From contig DASRGZ010000191.1 in assembly GCA_035650735.1 (NCBI GenBank), positions 1 through 64,000 on the forward strand: a DNA stretch of 64,000 nucleotides, written 5' to 3'. Position 1 is the stretch's first letter. Every line of letters starts with the position of its first letter. Source of the stretch: Chthonomonadaceae bacterium (lineage in GTDB: Bacteria > Armatimonadota > Chthonomonadetes > Chthonomonadales > Chthonomonadaceae). The notes under the pieces were generated by a model. The model saw nothing but the letters and a program-made list of their open reading frames with translations, did not search any database and was not told the origin of the DNA. Position numbers and translations under genes: made by a program. Positions 26,254 through 35,704 of the stretch are shown here, piece after piece.

Positions 26254-28044
26254 TTACCCTCCCTCCACGACCTTCAGCACTGTGCCGCGCGGAATCGGGC
26301 CGGAGAGCTGCTGCACCCGTCCGCTCGGCCAGCGGATCTCCACGCGGTCTGCCTGCGCCGCTGAACCCAGGCCGAACGTCAGGCGGCGGTCGCTGGAGGC
26401 GAGGTAGGAGGAGCCGCTGCGCACCTCCTGGGTCTGCGTCCACCCGTCGGCAGTCACGCGCACCCGCGCGCCGATAGCATCCCGGTTGCTCTCCGTGCCG
26501 ACCAGGATCAGGCGTATCCAGCCGTTGCCGGTGTGGTTATTGTTATGCAGCAGCGCCGGTCTGCCGCCGTTGGTCAGGATCAAGATATCCGGGCTGCCGT
26601 CGTTGTCATAGTCACCGCAGGCCGCGCCGCGCCCGACACGCCGCACGGAGAGAGCCATGCCGCTGCGCGCGCTGACGTCGGTGAACTGTCCCTGGCCCCG
26701 GTTATGAAACAGCAGCGACGGCTCCGCGTAGGTCACGCCCGCGTCGCGCCGGTCTATGTCGTCCATGACGTGGCCGTTAGTGATGAAGAGGTCCGGCCAG
26801 CCGTCCAGGTCGTAATCGAAGAAGAAAGCGCCGAAGCCCAGGTACATCTGCGTAGCGTTGCCGACCCCGGAGCGGCCCGCCACGTCCTGAAACAGGCCGG
26901 AGGCGTCCTGCCGATAGAGCGTCAACTGCTCTCCGGCAAAGTTAGTGATAAGGACATCCGGCTTACCGGCGTTGCGCACGTCGGCAGTATCAATGCCCAT
27001 GCCCGCCCGCGACCGGCCCTCATCGGAGAGCGCGATGCCCGACTCGATGCCCACGTCCTTAAAGGTGCCATCGCCCTGGTTGTGAAAAAGGAAGTTAGGC
27101 TCAGTATCGTTGGCGACGAAAATATCCGGCCTGCCATCGCCGTCGTAGTCGCAGATGGCCACGCCGAGCGCCTTGCTGCGGGCGTTCCAGATGCCCGACC
27201 TGCGGGTTACATCCTCGAACCTGCCGCCGCCGAGGTTGTGGTAGAGGCGGCACGATTCCGCCGGGTAGGATTGGGGCGTGGCGTAGGATTTATGGATGCC
27301 ATCCACGCTGTAGGCGTTATTCCTGTCTATGTCCGGGTTCCACCTGACATAATGGCAGACGAAGAGGTCGAGCTTGCTGTCCCGGTCGTAGTCCAGCCAG
27401 GCGGCGGAGGTGGCAAAGCCCGTATCCTGAATGCCGCTGGCGGCGGTCACGTCAGCGAACCGGCGTCCGCCGTGCCCGTTGGAGACGTTATGGTACAGGC
27501 GGCTGCTTTTCACCGGCGTCAGGCCGTTGCCAACGACCGTGATAAAGAGATCGTCATAGCCGTCGTTATCGTAGTCGCCGACGGCCACGCCCATGCCGTA
27601 GAGGGTGACATCCAAACCGACCTTTCTGGTCACGTCGGTAAAGGTGCCGTTGTGGTTGTTGCGGTAGAGGGCCAGCGTCGGGCGGGGCGCGCCCTTGGGG
27701 GCATGGCCGGGCCAGTAGTCTCCGTTGATGAGCAGGATATCGAGCCAGCCGTCGTTGTCGTAATCGAGGAAAGCACCGCCGCCGCCCATCGTCTCCGGCA
27801 GCCACTTCTCCGGGGACGCGCCGTTGACATGCTGAAAATGGATGCCCGCCTTCTCGGTCACATCCGTAAACACAACGGCGGGCGCCTCGTCGGCGACAGG
27901 CTTGCTGCTGGCGGCCAGCGCGCTGATGTCCTCGCCGCGCGGCCCGCAGCCTGCCAGCAGCACCGCCAATAAGAGGCCGACGCACCCAAGCAGCGCAGGG
28001 AGGCACCGCCCTGCGTGCCACGCTGCATATACCTTACCGTCCAT
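26254..28044 (-). CDS. CRTAC1 / ASPIC-UnbV lipoprotein (second paralogue)
   Basis: PETMGGG, DYDNDG repeats, SNRDAIGA, IRWPSG; LAGC lipobox. Confidence 0.9.
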   Translation of the reverse strand: MDGKVYAAWHAGRCLPALLGCVGLLLAVLLAGCGPRGEDISALAASSKPVADEAPAVVFTDVTEKAGIHFQHVNGASPEKWLPETMGGGGAFLDYDNDGWLDILLINGDYWPGHAPKGAPRPTLALYRNNHNGTFTDVTRKVGLDVTLYGMGVAVGDYDNDGYDDLFITVVGNGLTPVKSSRLYHNVSNGHGGRRFADVTAASGIQDTGFATSAAWLDYDRDSKLDLFVCHYVRWNPDIDRNNAYSVDGIHKSYATPQSYPAESCRLYHNLGGGRFEDVTRRSGIWNARSKALGVAICDYDGDGRPDIFVANDTEPNFLFHNQGDGTFKDVGIESGIALSDEGRSRAGMGIDTADVRNAGKPDVLITNFAGEQLTLYRQDASGLFQDVAGRSGVGNATQMYLGFGAFFFDYDLDGWPDLFITNGHVMDDIDRRDAGVTYAEPSLLFHNRGQGQFTDVSARSGMALSVRRVGRGAACGDYDNDGSPDILILTNGGRPALLHNNNHTGNGWIRLILVGTESNRDAIGARVRVTADGWTQTQEVRSGSSYLASSDRRLTFGLGSAAQADRVEIRWPSGRVQQLSGPIPRGTVLKVVEGG

Positions 28045-28309
28045 GCTTGCCAACCGCACCTCGTCTTTCCTCAACCATTCCTTACCATTGCCAGATAGAA
28101 GAGACCTCACTCGCGGCTCCTCTCCTTCTCAAGGAGAGGGGAGAGGAGAAGCTGGGACTCTCTTCATTATACCAGTCTCTTCCCGCTTGCACAGGAAAGG
28201 CTTTCGCGGCTACAATCCATACGTAAAGGGAACAGGTATTTATAGGCCGAAAGCCCGATTTACGGCGCGGGAATCGGGCTTGTAGCTGGGGCCGGGGAGG
28301 GAATCGTGG

Positions 28310-28606
28310 ATGGATGCACGGGCAGCAAAAGCGCGGCAGGAACGGCTGGAGCGAATCGTTCGGGAGCGCTGGGGCGCGCGTGACCCGGAGGCGCAGGTAA
28401 CGAGCGTGCTGCGCCCGGACGGCAAAGTGGATATGACCGTCGTATCCAGGCTGTTTGAGGGCCTGGGCGGGCTGGAGCGAGAGGCGCTCTTCTGGCCGAC
28501 CTTCGATCCGGTTCCGAAATCCGACCTGATCTACATGACCTACTGCCTGCTGCTCACGCCCGAAGAGGCGGCACGCCACTTTGCCGCACCTGGCGATAGC
28601 GATTGA
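28310..28606 (+). CDS. Small protein, BolA-like fold suspected
   Basis: VVSRLFEGL...ER...LTPEE pattern; RBS present. Confidence 0.5.
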   Translation: MDARAAKARQERLERIVRERWGARDPEAQVTSVLRPDGKVDMTVVSRLFEGLGGLEREALFWPTFDPVPKSDLIYMTYCLLLTPEEAARHFAAPGDSD

Positions 28607-28618
28607 AACGCCCGCCGC

Positions 28619-29953
28619 TTACTTGAGCCGCACCGGAGACCAGACGGCCTGCGTATTGTCGGTGCCGTCTTTCTCCCCTTTGGTCAGGTTCATCGGATCG
28701 GTGCCGTCGGCGTTGACCACCCAGATATCGTGCTTGCCGTCCTTGCGCTGCATCTCGTAGAGCAGGCGCTTGCCGTCCGGCGACCAGAGCGGATGCTGCG
28801 GCTTGCCCTCCTTGGAGGCCGGGATCATATACTGCATCATATCGGCCTCTTTGGGCGTGCTAATCTTAATGCCGTATCCAGCACGCGCGTCCATGACAAC
28901 GATTCCGCGCAGCTCCCGGTCGTTCTCGCCCCTGATGCGCCATCCCTCGAACGCCAGTTTTGACCCATCCGGCGACCAGGCGATATTCCTGGGCTCCAGC
29001 GTGTAGCCATGGGCAAGAAATATCGGATGGGCCGTGGGACGTGTCGGGTTCTGGAAGTTCCAGATCACGATGCCGCTGACCAACTGATCCTTGTTATTGG
29101 CGGGATCTTTAGTCAACATCTCGCCGAAGGCGCAGGCGATGCGCGAACCGTTGGGCTCCCAGGCCAGGCTCACTTCCCGCCCCATGTTGAGCAGCACCGA
29201 TTTATCGCCATTGGGAGGAATGGCAAAGGCGGCCTGGCTGCCCACGGTCATGTTATCAATGGCAGTCGGGTTCTCTTCCCCGTTAACGTCCTTGACGCCC
29301 GCGCAGCCGCGCCCGTCCGCAGAGAAAACCACCGAGCGGAAGGCCCCCTGGAGACTGCTGGCGGCATCCAGGCCGGTGGGCTTGGTTTCATCGCCCGCGC
29401 CCTCTCCGCTGTTGGGCTGGGGCATCAACTGATAGACATCGGTGCCGTTGAGATTGGCGCTCTTGACGGCGCCCTGCGCGATGAATCCGAACCGCTGCCC
29501 ATCCGGGCTGACCATAGGCGCGGACTTGTTGCCGGTGCCGTAGGTAAGCTGCGTCGCTTCGCCCTCGCCCAGCAGATAGATCTGCCAGGTCCGCATGTCC
29601 CTGCCGGTGGAGGCATAGATCAGACGCTTGCCATCCATGGTCCAGACGGGCGTCTCCTTGCTGGATTTGTCGCTCAGGTCGGTCAGCGGGCGCAGGCCAA
29701 AACCGTCGGCGCGAATGGCGTAGAGATCGGTGTTGCCCTCTTTGTTGCGCCGCACGAAGGCAATGTAGTTGGTGGTATCGAAGTTCGCGCCGACAACCTG
29801 GGCGCCTTCGGTGCGGGAGGCCCAGTAATAGTATCCGATGAGCAGCAGGACTGCAATGAGGAAGACCAGAAAATAGAGTTGTCGTCGCTGTTTCTCACGC
29901 TGCCACCAATCCGGCAGCGCAGTCGTCTCCAGGGATGTGTTCGTATCTGCCAT
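28619..29953 (-). CDS. TolB-like PD40 beta-propeller membrane protein
   Basis: WSPDG repeats; N-terminal TM helix. Confidence 0.85.
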   Translation of the reverse strand: MADTNTSLETTALPDWWQREKQRRQLYFLVFLIAVLLLIGYYYWASRTEGAQVVGANFDTTNYIAFVRRNKEGNTDLYAIRADGFGLRPLTDLSDKSSKETPVWTMDGKRLIYASTGRDMRTWQIYLLGEGEATQLTYGTGNKSAPMVSPDGQRFGFIAQGAVKSANLNGTDVYQLMPQPNSGEGAGDETKPTGLDAASSLQGAFRSVVFSADGRGCAGVKDVNGEENPTAIDNMTVGSQAAFAIPPNGDKSVLLNMGREVSLAWEPNGSRIACAFGEMLTKDPANNKDQLVSGIVIWNFQNPTRPTAHPIFLAHGYTLEPRNIAWSPDGSKLAFEGWRIRGENDRELRGIVVMDARAGYGIKISTPKEADMMQYMIPASKEGKPQHPLWSPDGKRLLYEMQRKDGKHDIWVVNADGTDPMNLTKGEKDGTDNTQAVWSPVRLK

Positions 29954-30154
29954 AGTCTGCGTGTTTGGCTCCAGAGCGCATTCGATTCCGCGCTCCCTCC
30001 TAACGAAAAGGAAGAAAGATAACGGGCGTGATGCGGCGAAACCGACTTCGCCTCCGGCCCACTTTTTGAATACGGCCATTGGACACAGGCGCGTTCCAGT
30101 GAGTGTACAATTAACGTATATAATTTATGGCAGTTCCGCATGATACCTTAGTTT

Positions 30155-30209
30155 AAGGATGAAGGCGGAAGGATGAAGGATGTAAAAAGCAAGCATTCTT
30201 TCATCCTTT
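30155..30209. repeat. Short heptamer tandem repeat with inverted arm
   Basis: AAGGATG/AAGGCGG units and TTCATCCTT. Confidence 0.55.
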
Positions 30210-30276
30210 GAAATGACAGCGAGGAGGCAAAGACAGCCGGAATCGGCGCCGCGCCCTCTGCCAGGATACCCACAAC

Positions 30277-31590
30277 ATGAAGTATCTGACTCAACTTTTG
30301 AATAAGCGGGTGGTCTCGCCCTCCGGCGAGACCGTCGGCAAGATCGTGGATGCCATCGCCGCGCTAGAGGAGCGGTTCCCTGCGGTTAAGGCAATCCTCG
30401 TCAGGACGGATAGCGGCGAGCTCTGCATTCCCTACGACGCCGTGGAATTCGACGACGACCCCGACGGCCCCAATGGCCCCGGAGACATTATCGGGGACAT
30501 TCGCCTGCGGATGCCGCTGGAAGCCATCACACCCTATACACCGCAGGCTGAGGATCTGCGCCTGCGCCGTGACGTGCTGGACAAGCAGATTGTGGACGTG
30601 CAGGGCCATCGTGTGGTGCGCGTCAACGACGTGCGCCTGGCCGAGTGCGGCGGGCGCTACTGTGTGGTCGGCATTGATGCGGGCCTGCGCGCCATGCTGC
30701 GCCAGCTCGGCGCGCTCGGCAAGCCCATCGAAGCCACCGCCAGACTCCTCCGTCGCCCCCTGCGCTCCAACCTCATTGCCTGGGACGACGTGCAGACCCT
30801 GGAGCCGAGCACGGCGGGGGGCAGTATCCGCCTGAAGGTCTCGCATGATAAGATAGCCCGCCTGCATCCCGCCGACATCGCCGACATCGTCGAGCAGCTT
30901 AGCCCCCAGCAGCGCGCCGAAGTCATCGAGGCGCTGGATACAGAGACCGCCGCCGATGCCATCGCCGAAGTCGAGCCGGAGGTCCAGGTAGAGATCATGC
31001 AGCATCTGGACAACGAGACGGCCACCGATATTCTGGAGGAGATGGAGCCGGACGAGGCCGCGGACCTGCTCGACGATCTACCGGACGCGCGCAGCGATGA
31101 GCTGCTGGAGCAGATGGAGCCGGAGCAGGCCGAGGACGTGCGTGAGCTGATGGTCTACGACGACGAGACGGCGGGCGGGCTGATGACCACCGAGCTGGTC
31201 GCCATCCAGGCCCACCTGACCTGCGAGGAGACCATCAACCGTCTGCGCGAGCTAGCTCCCAAAGCCGAGACGATCTATTACGTCTATGTGGTGGACGACG
31301 ACGACCGCCTAATGGGCGTGCTGAGTCTGCGGGACCTAGTGATCGCGCCTCCGGAAACCAGCGTGGTCGACATCATGGTGCGCAACGTCATTCACGTCTA
31401 TGAGGATGATCACGCCGACCAGGTGGCCCAGATCATTGGGCGCTATAACCTGCTGGCGGTGCCCGTCCTGAGCAAGGATGAGCGCCTGCTGGGAATCATT
31501 ACAGTAGACGATACCATTGAGCGGTTGCTGCCGCCGGAGCGCCACCGCCGCCTGCCGGTTCTGACCTTGACCGACAAGGACGAGACTTAG
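30277..31590 (+). CDS. MgtE-like cytoplasmic protein (PRC-barrel, MgtE_N, CBS pair; no TM domain)
   Basis: LHPADIAD, TAGGLMT, YYVYVVD, GIITVDD at C-terminus. Confidence 0.85.
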   Translation: MKYLTQLLNKRVVSPSGETVGKIVDAIAALEERFPAVKAILVRTDSGELCIPYDAVEFDDDPDGPNGPGDIIGDIRLRMPLEAITPYTPQAEDLRLRRDVLDKQIVDVQGHRVVRVNDVRLAECGGRYCVVGIDAGLRAMLRQLGALGKPIEATARLLRRPLRSNLIAWDDVQTLEPSTAGGSIRLKVSHDKIARLHPADIADIVEQLSPQQRAEVIEALDTETAADAIAEVEPEVQVEIMQHLDNETATDILEEMEPDEAADLLDDLPDARSDELLEQMEPEQAEDVRELMVYDDETAGGLMTTELVAIQAHLTCEETINRLRELAPKAETIYYVYVVDDDDRLMGVLSLRDLVIAPPETSVVDIMVRNVIHVYEDDHADQVAQIIGRYNLLAVPVLSKDERLLGIITVDDTIERLLPPERHRRLPVLTLTDKDET

Positions 31591-31668
31591 ATTCCAGTAC
31601 TTCCCTCAGCGCGCCCTTCGTTCCCCAATTGGCATAATCCCTTGTGGATGGTTTCTTCCGCCCCCGAC

Positions 31669-31747
31669 AAGGGCAAACCTGCTGCAAGGCAGGGACGCAA
31701 AGCCAACGGGTCTCCGAAAACAATCCGAGATGGCCGGGCCGCCGAAA
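31669..31747 (+). promoter_or_regulatory. c-di-GMP-I (GEMM) riboswitch
   Basis: GGCAAACCTGC-tgcaag-GCAGGGACGCAAAGCC...GGTCT...GATGGCCGGGCCGCC. Confidence 0.9.
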
Positions 31748-32012
31748 GGGCGATCACCATACAGACATACATTCGGGTGGATGTCTCTGTCTGTTCTCTC
31801 CGCGTCGGGCAGGAGGAACCTCTTGTACGGGCAGGGAGTCCTGGCGCTCCCTGCCCGTTCGTAATCAATGCCTGCATCTGTTTTCTCTTTCTGGCGGCGC
31901 CGCCGGCGCGGTGCAGGGCCGCTGGAAACCTGCCGATAATACTCCGCAGACGCAACACGCCTGTGTGCTTTTGAGATCGAAAGCCAGACTCTTAATCTTG
32001 CAGACACGTCTC

Positions 32013-33182
32013 ATGTACCTACCAAAACCGCGCTCACGACCTGTTGACGAGGCGGCGCCGCCGCCATCTCCCCTGGCGCCTGCCGCAGCGGCTATGCCGA
32101 CGGCGGCGGGACCGGCTCCCGCGCCGCAGCCGGGTTTGGAAGGAGGGCCAAGCCTGGCTCTCCCGACCTTCGAGACGCCGCCTGTCCCTTGCATCCGCAC
32201 GCTGATCGTAGACGATGACCCCCTGGTATGTGCCACCTTTGCAGCCATCTTGAAGGAGGAAGGCTACCAAACCCACTGCGCCGCCTCCGGAGCGGAGGCG
32301 CTGGAGCTGTTGCGGCACGAGACCTTCGACGTCATGCTCTGCGATATCTTTATGCCGGGGCAGAGCGGCCTGGAACTGCTCAAGACCGTCACCGCCGCCT
32401 ATCCCGATATGCCCGTCATCCTGGTGACCGGGCACGCCAGCATTGCCATGGCCCGTGACGCTCTGCATCTGGGCGCCAGCGATTTCATTACCAAGCCCTG
32501 TACGCCCGGCGATCTGCCCATCGTTGTGGAGCGCAACCTAACGCGGCTGAAGGTGCAGCGGAAGAATGCGCTGCGCTACAAGATGGCGCTGCAGACCTCC
32601 AATGAGAGTGTCCTGGATGCGCTGCTCTCCGCGCTGAATACCCGCGACACCGAAACGCAGGGCCACTCCGAGCGCGTGACGGCCTACACCATGGAATTGG
32701 CCGATCTGCTGGGCCTCTCTGCCGAAGCCATCTATCACGTCGAGCGCGGCGCGCTGCTGCATGACATCGGCAAGATCGGCATTCCGGATCGCATCCTGCA
32801 CAAGCCCGGCAAGCTGACCTCAGAGGAGTGGGTGGAGATGCGCAAGCATCCGATCATCGGCTATCAGATGTGCGCCAAGATCGAGATGCTCCAGGAGGCG
32901 GCGCGGATCGTGCTGCATCATCACGAGGCGTGGGATGGCAGCGGCTACCCGACCGGATTGGCGGGAGAGGCGATCCCGCTGGGCGCGCGCATCTTTGCCG
33001 TCGCCGATACGCTGGATGCTATCACCAGCGACCGGCCCTACCGTGCAGCCCAGCCCTTCAAGGCCGCCCAGGAGGAGATTATACGCTGCTGTGGCAGGCA
33101 GTTCGATCCGGAGGTCGTCCGGGTCTTTCTGTCCGTGTCGGAGGCCCGCTGGCACTATATCCGCTCTCTGGCCGACAAGTGA
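32013..33182 (+). CDS. Response regulator / HD-GYP phosphodiesterase
   Basis: Receiver domain, HSERV, LHDIGK, HHE.WDGSGYP. Confidence 0.95.
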   Translation: MYLPKPRSRPVDEAAPPPSPLAPAAAAMPTAAGPAPAPQPGLEGGPSLALPTFETPPVPCIRTLIVDDDPLVCATFAAILKEEGYQTHCAASGAEALELLRHETFDVMLCDIFMPGQSGLELLKTVTAAYPDMPVILVTGHASIAMARDALHLGASDFITKPCTPGDLPIVVERNLTRLKVQRKNALRYKMALQTSNESVLDALLSALNTRDTETQGHSERVTAYTMELADLLGLSAEAIYHVERGALLHDIGKIGIPDRILHKPGKLTSEEWVEMRKHPIIGYQMCAKIEMLQEAARIVLHHHEAWDGSGYPTGLAGEAIPLGARIFAVADTLDAITSDRPYRAAQPFKAAQEEIIRCCGRQFDPEVVRVFLSVSEARWHYIRSLADK

Positions 33183-33344
33183 CAACTCTGTAGGACGAAA
33201 GTAAGGTGGTGGGGCGGGGCGCTGCCTGTGCCGGCATGTATCAGTCCAACAGCGCCTTTGAGCCAGCAGCGTGTTCAGCCTATTGGCGGCGGAAGCATAC
33301 GCCGACAATGAAACTGATGTTTCCGAAAGGACGAGCCAGAAACC

Positions 33345-34652
33345 ATGCCGCCTTCTCAGACGCCCAGATCCCAGGACCTTGATGATACCCCCCGGATACC
33401 GCTGCTCTTAGCAGACGACGATCCCTTGCTGCGACAGGCTCTGGCAAGCGCCCTTACGGCGGGCGGGTATTGCGTCACCTGCGCCGGGGATGGTCTGGAG
33501 GCGCTGGAATTGGCGCAGCGCGAGCATTTCGCCCTCGTCGTCGCGGACATGGAGATGCCGCACATGAACGGCGTGGAGTTAGTGGCCGCTCTGGAGGAGC
33601 TAGACCCCTCTATCGAGTGTATCCTGCTCTCCGGCATAGATAATCTGGAGCGAATCGTCCTTGCCGCTGAGATGGGCAACGTCTACAACCATTTCTGGAA
33701 GCCTTTGGAAAACTTCGGCGATCTCGTCCGCGCCGTCGCCCGCGCGCTCGAACGCCGGGAGCTGCGCCGGTCACAGGCACGTCTGCTTTCGGAGCTGCGC
33801 GATACGCGCGAGGAGCTGAGCGCGCTCTGTGGGCACCTGGAGCAACTGGATAAGGTGGCGGCGCTGGGGCATATGACCGCAGCGGTCGTGCGCGACCTGG
33901 AATCTCCCTTGATGGGCCTGCTGAACTACGCGCAGTATCTCCGCGCCCGTCTGGAGCGTGATCAGGAGGCTCCGCTGACGGCGGAGCAGGCGGATCGTAT
34001 TCTGGACTATTTGCGGGGGATGGAACGTGGCATCCGGCAGTGCCATCGCGCCGTCGAGGGCATCCTCGACTATACCCGCATTCATGAGGAGCCGCCGGGG
34101 CCGGTCCATCTGCATGAAACCCTCGGCGAGGCGCTGGAATTGATACAATCGGGCATGGAGGCCCAGGGCGCCAGCCTGGCCCTGCACCTGGCGGATTCGC
34201 TCCCGCCGGTGCTGGCCAATCCACGCCGTCTGCAGCAGGCGCTGCTCAGTGTGCTCCTGAACTCCCAGCAGGCGGTCGGCAAGTCGGGCGGGGTGGTCGC
34301 GGTGACGACGGAGGCCTTGACGGACGAGACGGGGCGTGCGATGGGCGTCTGCGTGCGCGTGAGCGACACGGGGCCGGGCATCGCGCCTGCCGTTATGCCC
34401 TATATCTTCGACCCCTTCTTTACAACGCGGCCCCGGCCCGGCAGTCTGGGGCTGGGCCTGACCATCGCGCGCAACATTGTGCGTTCCTGGCACGGTGACA
34501 TCCGCGTGGAGAGCGCGCCCGGCAAAGGAACGGTCGTGAGCCTGACGCTGCCCGCCTGCATGGAGATGGCCGTTCCGCTGGATGTCCTCATCAGAGACAG
34601 GCGCGCTCCCGATTGGGAGGATGGGCCAGACAGCGCCGAGCGTGCCGCCTGA
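33345..34652 (+). CDS. Receiver + histidine-kinase-like protein with degenerate H-box
   Basis: VVRDLESPL in place of AHELNNPL; N, G1 (DTGPGI), F (FDPFFTT), G2 (GLGL) boxes present. Confidence 0.88.
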   Translation: MPPSQTPRSQDLDDTPRIPLLLADDDPLLRQALASALTAGGYCVTCAGDGLEALELAQREHFALVVADMEMPHMNGVELVAALEELDPSIECILLSGIDNLERIVLAAEMGNVYNHFWKPLENFGDLVRAVARALERRELRRSQARLLSELRDTREELSALCGHLEQLDKVAALGHMTAAVVRDLESPLMGLLNYAQYLRARLERDQEAPLTAEQADRILDYLRGMERGIRQCHRAVEGILDYTRIHEEPPGPVHLHETLGEALELIQSGMEAQGASLALHLADSLPPVLANPRRLQQALLSVLLNSQQAVGKSGGVVAVTTEALTDETGRAMGVCVRVSDTGPGIAPAVMPYIFDPFFTTRPRPGSLGLGLTIARNIVRSWHGDIRVESAPGKGTVVSLTLPACMEMAVPLDVLIRDRRAPDWEDGPDSAERAA

Positions 34653-34696
34653 GAATGTGTCTGGAAATACCGTTCGGGCGAATGAATTTGGGGGCT

Positions 34697-34860
34697 CTGA
34701 CCCCACCCCGGCCTACTGCCAGGGTCGGGCCTACAACGGTTCGGCCCTCCGCCTAGCGAGGCCCCCCCTCTCCTTCTCAAGGAGAGGGGCTGGGGGTGAG
34801 GGCGTCCCTACACCCTATCCCCTACACCCTATCCCCTACACGAGGGGCCGGGGGTGAGGT
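34697..34860. repeat. Repeat cluster (REP-like palindromes and CCCTACACCCTATC tandem)
   Basis: Shared with 7300, 25172, 56252 clusters; 14-nt tandem at 34806-34841. Confidence 0.7.
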
Positions 34861-34972
34861 CTGGAGTGTCCGTAGGGGGACTTTGTGCTGTTGTTGCTGC
34901 GGTTTCAATCGTCCGCAGAGTGGTTCCGGGCCGAAGCCCGTAAAATTTCCGGAATTTTCTTAAGAATGGCCC

Positions 34973-35000
34973 TAAAAACTGGGGTATACTCTTCCGATAA
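34973..35000 (+). promoter_or_regulatory. Sigma28 (FliA)-type promoter
   Basis: TAAA-N16-TCCGATAA upstream of flgM. Confidence 0.7.
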
Positions 35001-35020
35001 TTCCAGATGAACGATGATGT

Positions 35021-35147
35021 AAAAGGCAAACCCACAGAAATGTGGGGACGCAAAGCCATGGGCCTAATAGGATGGGAGAGCCGCACAGGGAGGTCGTTCG
35101 TTGTCGCAATGGCTCACTATAACCCCTGATGGTCGCCAGGTTGCCGT
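35021..35147 (+). promoter_or_regulatory. c-di-GMP-I riboswitch with ~60-nt insertion
   Basis: GGCAAACCCACA-gaaa-TGTGGGGACGCAAAGCC...GGCCTAA...ATGGTCGCCAGGTTGCC. Confidence 0.85.
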
Positions 35148-35158
35148 CCTCAACGTAG

Positions 35159-35183
35159 GGCGACGCGAGAGGGCGTCGTTTTT
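35159..35183 (+). terminator. Attenuator terminator between riboswitch and flgM
   Basis: CGACGC-gagagg-GCGTCG-TTTTT. Confidence 0.65.
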
Positions 35184-35203
35184 ACTGACCAGGAGGCACA
35201 CAC

Positions 35204-35524
35204 ATGAAGATCTCGGTTGAAGAGGTAAATCGTCTGCTCGCGTTCACGCCGGTAGAGCGTACCGGCCATCGTCCTGTTGCGGGAACGCCCTCACAAGCGC
35301 AGTCGGTGATTTCGGAAGGCCAACAGGCGGCCCAGGTGGAAATCTCTCCGGCGGCGTATGAGGTGCAGCAAGTGAAAAAGTTGATTGATGAGCTGCCCGA
35401 CATCCGAGAGGAGCGTGTCCGGGAGCTCAAAGCCCAGATTGAAAGCGGAACGTACCATGTCAGCGGCGAGGACATTGCCGATCTCATCATCCGCCGCGCT
35501 CTGGCAGATAATACGACCCTGTAA
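35204..35524 (+). CDS. flgM: Flagellar anti-sigma28 factor
   Basis: VEIS...PDIREERVRELKAQIESGTYHV...IAD; RBS AGGAGG. Confidence 0.92.
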   Translation: MKISVEEVNRLLAFTPVERTGHRPVAGTPSQAQSVISEGQQAAQVEISPAAYEVQQVKKLIDELPDIREERVRELKAQIESGTYHVSGEDIADLIIRRALADNTTL

Positions 35525-35564
35525 GCGCAGTTTATACTCATTACTAGCAATACGGCCAGGCTTT

Positions 35565-35608
35565 AAAACAGTCGGGACTGCCCAATATCGGCAGCCCCGA
35601 CTGTTTTT
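35565..35608. terminator. Bidirectional terminator
   Basis: AAAACAGTCGGG...CCCGACTGTTTTT. Confidence 0.8.
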
Positions 35609-35610
35609 AC

Positions 35611-35704
35611 ATGACCCCCGCTAACCGCTCTGTGGGTAGCCCTGCTATAGCGCGTGGCTGCCTCTCGAAATAAAGCCCACAGGCTTTCGCCGTTGGAGTT
35701 TCAT
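35611..35704 (+). mobile_element. Small IS200/IS605-like MITE remnant
   Basis: AAGCCCACAGGCTTTCGCCGTTGGAG end hairpin. Confidence 0.35.

Noticed and set aside
30080..30276. M-box (ykoK) riboswitch upstream of the MgtE-like gene
   Set aside because: Conserved core not seen; the region holds short heptamer repeats.
31644..32012. N-terminal extension of the HD-GYP ORF
   Set aside because: Overlaps the riboswitch leader and looks non-protein-like; start at 32013 preferred.
31932..33308. Sigma28 -10-like boxes at 31932 (GCCGATAA) and 33301 (GCCGACAA)
   Set aside because: No convincing TAAA -35 at the right spacing, so not called.
34806..34841. Tandem repeats as a CRISPR array (also 45790-45856, 62891-62930)
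   Set aside because: Short units without unique spacers and no cas genes; the last encodes GATGT peptide repeats.
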